Shown here piece after piece: positions 14,142 through 27,370 of a stretch of DNA of 64,000 nt. Position 1 is the first letter of the stretch. Every line of letters starts with the position of its first letter. This DNA is from Eledone cirrhosa (lineage: Eukaryota), in assembly GCA_964016885.1 (NCBI GenBank), contig OZ024741.1, positions 68,820,001 through 68,884,000 on the forward strand. The letters are read 5' to 3'. The translations under genes and the position numbers were made by a program. Below the pieces are notes generated by a model. It searched no databases. It was given only the letters and a program-made list of their open reading frames with translations, and was not told the DNA's origin.

Positions 14142-15150
14142 CCCCCTAGCCGGCAGCGTAGACAGCACCACACATAACTGTCTAGGAAATAAAGCCATAC
14201 TCTCCAGCCCCAATAACAACTCCGACTATCGCACACGTTTGCGTACCAATAGAGACAAGGAACATAACGCCAATAGATTACCTGGAACCTATTTGAAACA
14301 GACGCCTGACCAAAACACACACAAACTCACTAAACAACGCATAAACCGAAGTAGACCTGTCACGTGGTATAACCCCCTCTATTCTATACACGTCGCCACT
14401 AACATACCGGGAACCTTTTTCAGGGCCCTCGAACAATCTTTTACACACACACACAAATACCACAAGCTCTTCAATAAACACACAGTAAAATTCTCTTTCT
14501 CCACAGCACCAAACCTAGGCCACACAATAGCACACAATAATAGGGCAAAAATACGAAAACACATGGTTTCCCCCCAACAAACCACCACCACAACCCAGAA
14601 CGAAACCACACACACAACACAACACAACAACACACACACCACACCAACACCGCACGACACCAACCGCCAACGTTGCACCGCACCGGTTACTCCCAAATGC
14701 AACTGCAAAAAACGAGACGAATGCCCACTAAACGGGGAGTGCCTCGTTAAGAATATTGTTTACCGGTGCGATGCCACTGCCGGCAATAAGGAGTACTCAT
14801 ATATAGGTGCGACATCCACTACGTTTAAGGAGCGCTGGTATAACCACAGAAGCTCCTTCAAACATAGATCGAAACGACCCCAAACAAAATTGGCCGATCT
14901 GATCTGGGACCTCAAGGACAGGAATATTGAACCCCGGATCTCGTGGTCAGTAAAAAGACGTGCGGCATACATCCCCAGTGACAGAAACCACTGCAGATTG
15001 TGCCTAGCTGAGGCGGCGGAAATAATTAAACTTGATTCCGCCATAAACTATAGGTCGGACATAATTGTCAATTGCAGACACACTAGGATGCACACCTTTT
15101 CTGCACAAACTTTCGCGGGAAGACCACGCACTAACCATGACCCACCATAA
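14142..15150 (+). pseudogene. 5'-truncated PLE ORF (post-RT linker + GIY-YIG, CNC..CPL..C and terminal CRH type; Nematis-like by recollection)
   Basis: RPVTWYNPLYS...HKYHKLFNKHTVKFSFS, CNCKKRDECPLNGECL, NIVYRC, YIGATSTTFKERWYNH, CRLCLAE, NCRH. Confidence 0.85.
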
Positions 15151-16467
15151 TAATAACCACTCCTGCCCCGTATCACCATCGCCCATCCCAACGAACTTTA
15201 ATTCTAATCTAACTTCACTTTATCTTATTTCATGTCATTGAATTTAACCATATGTAAGCCCGTATTTTGTATACCATGCCGCATACATAACCCACACCAA
15301 AAATCACACTAACCATGACACACCATATTAATAACCACCTATACCCCGTCTCAACATCGCCCACCTCATTGAACTTATTGTATTGTACTCCATGTTACCA
15401 TCTCTAAGCCCCCATTTGTATATCATGCCGCACACATCACCATCACCACCACCAAAATTCATATCAACATACACACCTCATAGTTGCAACATCGTATTAA
15501 ATCGGTACCATATGATACGTGCTACCTTGCAATCCACAATGACAAGGGACCTTGTAAATACAATGTCGACCATATCACACCATCGCCACCACCACCACAC
15601 CACACACCGTCATGTGCATACCATACACGCCTACAACCTCATCCCCCCATGTTCACTCTGTCTACCCTAACCTACAACCCCACGCTAAATTCGACCCTGT
15701 AACTGTACTGTCGCACGCACTCACAACCACCGCCACCACTAAATACATCCACATATTTCAACAATCATTATCATTACATCATTAACACATATCATCCCTC
15801 GCTCCCAAATCGACTGTATTATATACCCCCCACCCCCCGTCTGCCTACCATATAACACACCGTAACCTCTGATCATGTAATCATCTGGCCGAACATATCA
15901 CCCCAGCACCACCACCATCACCATGTCCACAACACACATCGCCGTACGTCCATAAACGCTTTCCCCCCCGCGTTCCCTATGTCACCTTTTAACCGGTATT
16001 CGATCCGGTATATATATTTTTGTCCCTCACAACTCCACCACAAAACACAACCCCATACTTCATCAACACCGACAAAACATACCTCCACTCCCCAACCAAT
16101 AATAGTGTGTGTGTCTGTGTGTAAGTGTTTTACTCATACGGGCGTTTTAAGTGTGCGTGCGTGTACGCAAATTTATCTCTATGTGCGTGTGTGAGTATGT
16201 GAACACATGTGTATGCATATGTCTATGTGTGTGTATGTGTATATATCTGTATATATATATATGTGTGTATGTGTATGCAAATGTGTATGTGTGTGTATAT
16301 ATGTATGTGTGTGTATGTGTACGTCTGCATATATGTATATGGGTAAATCTGACTGTATGTGTAGGTCAGCTCATGTATGTGTATGTGTGTGTTGTCGGTA
16401 CATGTGTGTGTATGTATATATGTATGTATATATATATATATATATGTGTGTATGTATGTATATATAT

Positions 16468-17077
16468 GTCAGGTCACCAGTTGGTGCTACTGGTAACATG
16501 TATCCCAGTACAACCTGTATCATGGTCGGGTCGTTGGCGACTAAACTGGCAACCCCACCAAGGTTTCTTGGTGAGGAGGGTGACTTTGGACATCCTGCAG
16601 GACTAAAAACAAAACCTGTCAAAGGGCAAGGGAGCTCTTAAGACTCAATAGCCATCCAAAATCACCGGGAGAGATGACCCCTTAGCCTTTGTCAAGGCAG
16701 AATTCTAGGAGAAGGAAAACTCTGATATAACACCTGCAACCCTGATGGTATCCAATGATGTTGACTTGTTCTTCTTTTTGGTAAATATCATCTTGGTTAA
16801 GAGAGTGGGACTGGCTTTGTGCAGTGCCTTTGCTCACTATAAAAGCTTCACAGCACAGGCATTGCTTTATATCTGGAGATCTCTCTGCACTTGTCATCAC
16901 ATGGTACCATGGGCCCTGCACTATGTGTCAATAATGGTCACAAGTGTAGTCTTTGTACCAGAGTTTTCAAGTCGCTGGCTGGACTAAAAAGTCACATTCG
17001 TTCAGTGCATCGGTAGGGATTCTCCTACATGGATATAAAGTAGTGGCCGTACTCGAAAACGAGTTGGCAGCCACCAT
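16468..17077 (+). mobile_element. ~610-bp non-autonomous RTE-derived retroposon (copy 1)
   Basis: RTE-like 5' motif CTAGGAGAAGGAAAACTCTGA; terminal C2H2 remnant CSLCTRVFKSLAGLKSHIRSVH* (16945-17016); 3' hairpin CTCG-AAAA-CGAG; highly similar to copies at 37.7k, 51.5k and 52.2k. Confidence 0.75.
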
Positions 17078-17886
17078 ATATGTGTGTGAGTATACGTGTG
17101 TGCGAGTGTGTATGTATATATCTTGCATACATGAGTGAGTCCATGTGCCCATACCCATGTGTATGTGTGTATGTATATATGTAAAACACCTTCTACATCG
17201 CCCCTCACCTTCCCCCATCTCAGTCGTTCGCCACCCCCACCGATACTCCCCCACTCTCCATATTCGTGCTCGCATGCGCGCATGCACATACATGTGTGTA
17301 CATATACATATGGCCGTGTGTGAACGTATGCCGATATGTGTGGGCAAGGATGTGCGTAGGTGTTTTATGTTGTGTATGTTTATACAACAATATATGTGCA
17401 CATATATACATATATGTGTGTACGTATACGTATATACAAGGTATCTGTCAGACGAAGAGCGTCTAACTATGTATCTATGTAAGGACCTGACGCCACCAAT
17501 ACATCCACGACACCACCACAAACGCCGCTACCATAGACAACGGCACCACTACCACACCCCAACCACACGCCAACCCGTCTACTGACAATCCACTAACCTC
17601 ATACCACAGCCCATCCCACTAAATAACCCTAACCACCACCATATCATCACATCCACCCCCACATACTCTACACGCCAAGGCCAACCCACCACCACCACCA
17701 CACCACAGCCCATCTCATCCACAGACCGTCACCAACATCTCACCATCACACCCACCCCCATATACACTACAGGCCAATACATCGCCTTGATCCTTATCAC
17801 CAATCAAAACAACTCATTTTGTCAAACTCTTGAAACTCTGACTTTACCACATAGCATGTATTTCATTTTCTTATAGCATTTTAAGA

Positions 17887-17973
17887 GGGTCCGTCGAGCT
17901 GCAGATTATTGAGTCGGGTAGGATCGATATAGATCGAACCTTGGACTGATCAGTGGCGAAACGCGCGTCACCT
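17887..17973 (+). ncRNA. Variant hammerhead (CCGTCGA core) in family C pLTR; mirror copy ~12657-12743(-)
   Basis: GGGT-CCGTCGA-GCTGC...GTGGC-GAAA-CGCGCG-TC-ACC(T/C), then AATAAA. Confidence 0.55.
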
Positions 17974-18124
17974 ATCAATAAATGCAATGAAGGAATAATC
18001 AATCGTCCTTTTTATCCTTTCTATATTTTACACTCTGTATAGCTCTACACATCATCACAGAAGTGAACCTAAACATCGAGTGCTCACCCGGGTGAACCTG
18101 CAGTAACTCCTAGTTACACCCAAT

Positions 18125-18189
<65 letters not shown>

Positions 18190-18308
18190 TATATATATAT
18201 ATATATATATACAGTATATATATATATATACAGTATATATATATATATATATATATATACATTATATATATATATATATACAGTATATATATATACATAT
18301 ATATACAG

Positions 18309-18414
<106 letters not shown>

Positions 18415-18449
18415 TATATATATATATATACTGTATATATATATATATA

Positions 18450-18513
<64 letters not shown>

Positions 18514-18518
<5 letters not shown>

Positions 18519-19436
18519 ATTGAAATTTCCGTTGGAAACAGAAAAGGTCATAGAAGTGAAGAGTGCTCTATGTAAGTATCAGAGCAAAATTTAATGTATA
18601 AAAATCAATACAATATAATTACCTCATTACCAGAGGTTTCCCGAATGAGGCGAATACGAAAGAAATATCTTCATTCGTTCGTCAGACGAGGCAATATAAA
18701 ACATGGGTAAATACTTGGAAAGTCTCATCAAGAAAATCAAAATAAAAAGATATAGACAAATGAATTAGAAATTGAAATATATAAAAATCTATCAAGAAAT
18801 ATAGTTAGGTGTGTGTATATGTATGTATATACGCTCACAGATGTGCATATCTGTGTATGCACATATGTATACGTATAGTGAAAAAGGGTGCGTAAATATA
18901 AAATTTAGGGCAAATGTATCTGTATGTCTGTAATCTACAGACAGAAAAGATACATCATAAGAATATGAATATGAAGGCGCGCGCATAAACACACCTACAC
19001 ACACGTACACTTAGATGCGGAAGTAAAAGAGGTAAGGGAGTGTAATAATTAAAGGAAAGTATCAAACTCGGTATATTTATAAAAATGTAACAAAAAATTA
19101 TTAGAAAGAAAAAATAAAGAAAAGGAGACAAAAAAGGGTACATACATACACAGACACGCATATCTCACAAAAGAAACGCAAAAATATACATGCTTATATA
19201 CACACGCACACTTAAACATCCATACGTTCGATACGTACATACACACACACACACACACATACTTACACTGACGCATATTGACCTGTTTGCATGCACACGC
19301 ATGAAAATGAGTAAGTAAAAAAAGGGGGGGGGGAGAAGAAAAAAGGAACAAAACATAAAACCTAGATGTCAAAACACGGATATAAAGACACATACACATA
19401 CGCATAATATATACATACACACACACACATATACAT

Positions 19437-19497
<61 letters not shown>

Positions 19498-20049
19498 CAC
19501 GCACGCGCGCGCACATACGTAGTCGCTCATGTACATATATAGAAAGTATACACACATTAAGGCGTTCAGTCATATTGATACAGGGTGTAAAAAACTTGTG
19601 GATAAGTAAGTACAAATATAAAATTGTAAGATTGGCTGCGCAAAAATAAAAAAATAAAAATAAAAATGAAAAATATATCTGGTTTGGAAAACACAAATGA
19701 CATGTCTATTCAATTTGTGAAGGAAAAAGGGAAGTAAAAAAAGGGGGAAGTAAAAAATGGAAAGTGAATCGGAGAATAAAGGGGGGGGGGGTTATTGGTG
19801 GATGTGAAGTAAAAAAAAAGAAAAAAAAGAAGAAGAAAAATAAATAAAATTATTGACAAGGATAAAAATGAAAGTAAGTCAGAAAGGGTAATTAAAAAGA
19901 GAATAATAAGAGTTTATAGAGGATAAGTATCTGAAAGTGTGTTAAGTTTATATGAGCTGGAAAGCAGGTGTGATTTCATGTGTGGGCAACTGGTGAAAAT
20001 TTCCGTCTTTGTGTTCAGGCAGGTCTTTGGTGATTTTAGATTTTGCAAT

Positions 20050-20056
<7 letters not shown>
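18514..20056 (-). mobile_element. 5'-truncated PLE family E
   Basis: Minus-strand ORF end WILQNL...[20 protein letters not shown] matches the LNxxxE...CRH terminus of families C/D; hammerhead at 18622-18691. Confidence 0.7.
18622..18691 (-). ncRNA. Hammerhead ribozyme (family E)
   Basis: CCTCGT-CTGACGA-a-CGAATGA...TCATTCG-g-GAAA-CCtctGG-TA-ATGAGG. Confidence 0.7.
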
Positions 20057-20114
<58 letters not shown>

Positions 20115-20140
20115 TGTATATATATATATATATATATATA

Positions 20141-20271
<131 letters not shown>

Positions 20272-20294
20272 GTATATATATATATATATATACA

Positions 20295-20367
<73 letters not shown>

Positions 20368-20409
20368 CAGTATATATATATATATACAGTATATATATAT
20401 ATATATACA

Positions 20410-20455
<46 letters not shown>

Positions 20456-20498
20456 TATATATATATATATACACAGTATATATATATATATATATACA

Positions 20499-20546
<48 letters not shown>

Positions 20547-20620
20547 TATATATATATATATACACAGTATATATATATATATATATATATACACTGTATA
20601 TATATATATATATATATACA

Positions 20621-20725
<105 letters not shown>

Positions 20726-20743
20726 TGTATATATATATATATA

Positions 20744-20789
<46 letters not shown>

Positions 20790-20829
20790 TATATATATAC
20801 GGGGTAACAAATAATAGTTATATGCAGTC

Positions 20830-22054
20830 CACTTAGGTGTAGTCCAGAAGGTAAACTTTCTAGATGTGACTCTAAATCTAAATACTGGATTAATAGAACC
20901 TTTCCACAAAAATAATGAATATCTTGCCTACATTAGTTACAACTCAAACCACCCCAAATCCATAATTAGATCCATAGCACGTCGTATGTCCCTCCGAATA
21001 TCCCGCTTATCCTCAAACCTAGAAATCTTTAACGTACATGCTGACTATTATAATGCAGCATTACGTAGGGCCGGTCATAAAGATAAACTGCAATATATAG
21101 TGAATAAAGACAACGTAAACAATCGTAGTAACTACTACACCAACCGCTCACACAATAATAGAAATAGCTGGACTAGACATAGGGTTAGGCACGTAACACC
21201 TGGAGTAAACGGTCAAAACACTAATAACGTAAACCCAAGAAACAATAGAAGAAACAGACAAAGAAAATACCTATGGTTCAACCCAATCTTCAACTCCTCT
21301 ATAAAAACTAGACTTCCCTCTACATTCTTTAAACTAATAGATAAACACTTCCCTATCTCACATAGATATCACAAAATACTCAATAGATTTACTATAAAAC
21401 TCTCATACTCGACAGCAGCAAATATAGAATCACACATACGCAGGATCAACCACAGAAATATCTCTAGTAAATCAACCGCACCTATGCATAACGTAGCACC
21501 AAATTATAAGCATAAACACATCAGTACATCACAACCGCAAGCGCATACAAACGCGCAGCAGCAAAACCCCAATGGGCATATATCACAACCCACTTATAAC
21601 AGAGTACTAAACAGGAGTGTAGAAGCTGCACAAAATAGCGCCTCAAACTGTCACCTACCAGATAGGTGCCCATTGGCGAACAGATGTCTCGATTCGAGCA
21701 CCCATGTGCACGGTCATTTCGGATAACTCCACCTGGAATTACATAGGATCCACCGCGGGTTCTTTTAAAAAAAGATGGTATGTGCACAGGCACTCAATGA
21801 AAAACCGTGCATTTATGGGTTCCACGACCCTCGCCAAAAAAATATGGGAACTGAAGGACAGCAGTACTAACTACAGTATTAACTGGTCGAAGTTGTCGGC
21901 TGCTAAAACCTATAGTACAGGTATGTCCCACTGCGGGCTATGTGATCTAGAACTAATGTATATCCTCAAAAATGTAAAAAGGCTACTTAACAATAAGTTA
22001 GAAAGATCTATCTTCTGCAGACATAGAATTGCCACTAAATTCAAACCTCCGTGA
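20830..22054 (+). pseudogene. PLE ORF C-terminal part, frameshifted near 21700
   Basis: VNFLDVTL...SNHPKSII, WFNPIF, HRYHKILNRFTIKLSYS, NCHLPDRCPL; second frame YIGSTAGSFKKRWYVH, CGLCDLE, LNNKLERSIFCRH. Confidence 0.85.
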
Positions 22055-22814
22055 ATCGAACCAACACAACATAGCTTTAAACTAGGATACCCACTACCCT
22101 GCATAAATCACCACAGAAATAGACTCATTAAGTACACTCTAGCCTTCACAAGTCTATTCCACACAAATGTCTGTAAGTACCTCATCAACCCACAAACTTA
22201 TTCCTTCTCAGCTGCTGCCATCACTTGATCCTAAATCCAAGTATTTCTCAAATCACTACTACAATGTAACTTTACCTTCCTTTTGCCATAATTACAATCA
22301 GCACGCTTATCTCTTTGCATGTATGTATATTTTTGTACGAGTGTATATTGATGTGTATGTATGTGTCTATGTACACATGCGTGTGTATATATATATATAT
22401 GTGTGTGTATATGTGTATGTATATATGTGTATATATATATATGTGTATATTACCTCCTTAACCTCTGTATTAACTCGCCCACTATTTAGCTTTGACAGTG
22501 TTGTCCCATTCATGTATGTTATTGAAGATGAAAAGAAAGACTGTAAACACCGGCTTATCTTTAAAATTGATACAATACACCCTACGATACTCCGTACATG
22601 CCAAACTTTTACTTCTGCTTCATGTCAGCTAGTTTTACACGCCGAACTCTTAGATACACTATACCTCCCACCTAATGTAATGTCAGGGTCTCCTCAAATA
22701 ATTTATTAATAGCATTGTTGTAATTGTTGTTATTGTTCTAACTAAATGCCATTACTACTTCATATAGTAGCCTGTATATTCCTTTCATGCCTGTATATTC
22801 TCTTCATTCTCGCA

Positions 22815-22922
22815 TGCTCCGAAGAACTGACTGATTATAATTTTGTATTGGCGATCGAGTAACGTGAAAACAAGCGAATAGCGATCTCTAGACCTACCAG
22901 TTCAGAGAAACAATTGTCAGCA
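22815..22922 (+). ncRNA. Hammerhead-like motif (CCGAAGA variant, long stem II)
   Basis: TGCT-CCGAAGA-aCTGA...TCAGa-GAAA-CAATTG-TC-AGCA. Confidence 0.6.
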
Positions 22923-22997
22923 ATGAGATTAAAAACCTTTTTTGTATAGCAAACCATGTCAATCTTCTTTCCTGATTTACAGTATATATATATATAT

Positions 22998-23061
<64 letters not shown>

Positions 23062-23066
<5 letters not shown>

Positions 23067-24089
23067 ATACTTTGGGAGGGTCATGTTGCCAATAAGAAAC
23101 ACACGCACCAGTTGCTTTCACTTCAATTTATTATATATTTATAAATTTATAAATTTACAAATCTACAAACTTATAAATTTCTGGTTGGTTGGTTGGTTCC
23201 ACAACCAGATAGTTGTTTATATATAGTCATAGTCCTTTCGTCACACACTCTGTGACCTCTTCAGTGACTGGGGATTCCTTTCTTTGTTTCTGTGCCTTTC
23301 CTTTCTTCTATCCTACGCCATTTTGTTTCTGTGTGTGTGTTGTGTGCTCAGTTTGCGCATGCGCCACATCCGGGTGTCTGTGTGTGTTTGTGTTCATTTA
23401 TCTATTTGTTTATTTATTTATTTATTTATTTATTGTTGGTTGGTTGTTTGTTCTATGTGTGTGTGTGTTTTCATTTTTTCCCTGTGTGTGTTTTCATTTT
23501 GTCCTTAATTGTAAGTTGTTTGTTCTATGTGTGTGTGTGTTTTCATTTTGTCCTTAATTGTAAGTTGTGATGTTGCTGTTCCACTCATATTTTCTATTTA
23601 ATTTTGGTTTTAATTCTTTTATGCTTACTGCCTCTGTAATTTGCCTAAACATTGCGTCTTTTCTGTGTGTGGATTCTATTTTTATTTCTATGTTCTCTAA
23701 TCTACCCCTGTGTTCTATCTTAGCATGTTGGTAGAGCACAGATGATTCTTTATTATCTTGGAGGTCTCGCCAGTGTTCATTTATTCGTAACCTATACTAC
23801 GAGCTGTCTCACCTATGTACACTATATTTTTGTTTCTACATTGTCCTTCAGTACATCTTATGCTATACACTACATTTCTAGTTTTACAGTTAATATGGGG
23901 GCTTATTTTACAGGTTATACATTTCTTATCTATACATGAGGGTCTTTGGAACGGGTATGTCTTGCTAATAAGTGTTTTTACGGAGGTACCTGGTCTTTCT
24001 ACTATCTTAATATTGAGATTATGTTTATTTAGGGCCCTTCTAAATTTGTAGGCTAGTTAGCCTCTTGCTAAACAAATTCAGAAACGAAA
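23062..24089 (-). mobile_element. PLE family A copy 2: ~1-kb inverted arm plus ~27-bp direct 3' end
   Basis: 23062-24062 is the reverse of pLTR + GIY-YIG (23554-24045); then + strand TCTTGCTAAACAAATTCAGAAACGAA identical to the family A extension end. Confidence 0.85.
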
Positions 24090-24117
24090 TATATATATAT
24101 ATATATATATATATACA

Positions 24118-24191
<74 letters not shown>

Positions 24192-24271
24192 TATATATAT
24201 ATAGTATATATATATATATACAGTGTGTATATATATATATATAGTATATATATATATATATAAAGTATATA

Positions 24272-24330
<59 letters not shown>

Positions 24331-24375
24331 TATATATATATATATATATATACAGTATATATATATATATATACA

Positions 24376-24413
<38 letters not shown>

Positions 24414-24450
24414 TATATATATATATACAGTATATATATATATATATACA

Positions 24451-24514
<64 letters not shown>

Positions 24515-24598
24515 TATATATATAGATACAGTATATATATATATATACAGTATTTATATATATATACAGTATATATATATATACACAGTATATATACA

Positions 24599-24740
<142 letters not shown>

Positions 24741-24808
24741 TATATATATATATATATATGCAGTATATATATATATATAGAGTATATATATATATATATA
24801 TACAGTAT

Positions 24809-24839
<31 letters not shown>

Positions 24840-24857
24840 CTATATATATATATGTAT

Positions 24858-24964
<107 letters not shown>

Positions 24965-24975
24965 TGTATATATAT

Positions 24976-25245
24976 ATCTATCTATCTAAGGCGGGTAAAA
25001 TTCCCGAGATCCATGGACGAGTTCTCTCCAGCGGTGTCTGTCCCTCATTATCGCTGCCATGTCCTGCGTCTCCAACAGACCAGTGTCTGTCCTTAGGGCA
25101 TCAACATACGTTAACATTCGTCTTCCTCTTCTGGTGTGTCTATGTAGGGGCTCCCAAAAGAGCACTGAGTGCAATGTCAACTCTGGATGTCGGTGAGCAT
25201 GTCCAGCTAACCTCAGTCTCCTCTGTGTCAATTGTGAGCTGACTG
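24976..25245 (-). mobile_element. 3' fragment of a different RTE-type LINE with (TAGA)n tail
   Basis: [12 protein letters not shown]...VLFWEP...RRGRRMLTYVDAL...MRDRHRW then TAGATAGATAG. Confidence 0.75.
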
Positions 25246-25318
25246 TATATATATATATATATATACTATGTATATATATATATATATATATATATACTGT
25301 ATATATATATATATACTG

Positions 25319-25385
<67 letters not shown>

Positions 25386-25453
25386 TGTATTTATATATAT
25401 ATATATATATATATACACTGTATTTATATATATATATATATATATATACACTG

Positions 25454-25494
<41 letters not shown>

Positions 25495-25496
25495 TG

Positions 25497-25541
<45 letters not shown>

Positions 25542-25543
<2 letters not shown>

Positions 25544-25732
25544 CAAAGGAATTGTGGTATGGAACCAAATAGACCATAACGCACCAGAGTACTCAATACT
25601 TAGGGTAGTAGAGTGGGAAATAGGAAAAAGTATGACCCCGACGGCAGAGCTCGAGCCGTTTCGACGGCTATTTCTGGCCTGAAATAGCCGTCGAAACGGC
25701 TTGAGCTCTGCCGTCGGGGTCATACTTTTTCC

Positions 25733-25736
<4 letters not shown>
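25542..25736 (-). mobile_element. Miniature hairpin element (family G, copy 1)
   Basis: ~55-bp arms (25620-25736) plus unpaired extension 25542-25619; homologous to 63186-63381; in (TA)n. Confidence 0.7.
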
Positions 25737-25821
<85 letters not shown>

Positions 25822-25825
<4 letters not shown>

Positions 25826-27359
25826 ATAATAATAAATTTGAAGACTAAAATACAAAGAGGGCTCGATAAGGATAAATATATATCAAATATATAAGAACCG
25901 TAGAGCAAATATTTATTAAAATAACAGATTAAAGTTTAAGCAAAGAATCGCTGCTTTCACCCTTAACAGGATCTTCTGAAACTAACAAAGTCAATCTGTA
26001 AACGCAGAAGTGGATATTTCAAAAAACGTTGCAACCGGAGGAAGACAAGGAGGCGATACTTTGGTTCGTGGAAACGTTCCCTGGCAAAGAACGGGAAAAA
26101 ACGAATATAATACGTCATTAATAGGAGCGGTGAAATACAATTACGTGCAAGGACAGAACGACGTTTATGGTATAAAAGAAGTCGTAGACTAATGTTCTCT
26201 TAGGTGGTGCATAGAGACGTTCTCTGGCAATGAACGGAAAAAACGAAGATAATACGTCATATGTGGAGCGTGGAGAACAATTGCACGCAAAGACAAAACC
26301 ACATAAATGGTATAGCTGAAGTCGTAGACTAAAATTCTAATTACGAAACCGAAAGAATCTCCGCTTCAGAGTTAAGAATAAAGTAAATAAAATACAATAC
26401 AGAGGTAATAGAAATTAAATAAATACATACACGCATGCAAATACGTACATACACAAGCATACGCGAAAACACTTGCCATAGGTATACAAAACCACGCACA
26501 TATAAATATGTGTGTGTGTGTGCGTGTATACAAATAAATAAATAAATAAATAAACGTATATAAATAAATAAATACGTATATAACAAGCCCACACACATAC
26601 CTACATGTAAATACACAAATGTTCGGATACTACGTCAACCAAAACATGAAGTACACATATACACACATCCTACATACGTACGAACCTGCATACTCACACA
26701 GACGCAAAGCTCCCGAATACACATAACCAAACCATATGTACAAGAATATATAAAAAATTATACGCCATAACATATACAATCAAATATACGTACGAGAAAG
26801 TATACGTACCTTCACAAAACATACAGGTAATATATACTTACCTATGCAAATAAGTAATGGTATAAACCTAACATATACTTAGCTACCACATCAAGACGTA
26901 AAATATCCACGTATAGATCGTACTATCCGTTAGGGTATAATGTGGGGCTGCAATACAGGAAAGTTTTGTGCAATTTATGTAAGACTAAGAGAACATTAGT
27001 CTACGGCTTCTTTTATACCATAAACGTGGTTCTGTCTTTGCGTGTAATTGTTTTTCTCCGCTCCTATTAATGACGTATTATATTCGTTTTTTCCCGTTCT
27101 TTGCCAGGGAACGTTTCCACGAACCAAAGTATCGTCTTCCTCCGGTTGCAACGTTTTTTGAAATATCCACTTCTGCGTTTACAGATTGACTTTGTTAGTT
27201 TCAGAAGATCCCGTTAAGGGTGAAAGCAGCGATTCTTTGCTTAAACTTTAATCTGTTATTTTAATAAATATTTGCTCTACGGTTCTTATATATTTGATAT
27301 ATATTTATCCTTATCGAGCCCTCTTTGGATTTTAGTCTTCAAATTTATTATTATTACTA
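25822..27359. mobile_element. Element with ~375-bp terminal inverted repeats in (TA)n
   Basis: 25822-26200 is inverted relative to 26988-27359; internal ~140-bp diverged tandem duplication to 26340; CAGAAGA-tCCC(gttaa)GGGt-GAAA hammerhead-like vestige. Confidence 0.6.
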
Positions 27360-27370
27360 TATATATATAT

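Larger units (their letters stand above)
12610..18126 (+). mobile_element. PLE family C with ~1.5-kb inverted arms
   Basis: 12610-14141 is the reverse complement of 15838-18020 (the latter interrupted at 16468-17077); GIY-YIG ORF between the arms; 3' extension 18021-18126; (TA)n flanks. Confidence 0.85.
20800..22980 (+). mobile_element. 5'-truncated PLE family D
   Basis: RT end/thumb plus GIY-YIG, long 3' region, hammerhead at 22815-22922, (TA)n flanks. Confidence 0.85.

Noticed and set aside
16745-16987. 80-aa ORF recurring in the four 610-bp copies
   Set aside because: Recurrence reflects recent copy identity; the recognisable C2H2 remnant is in a different frame
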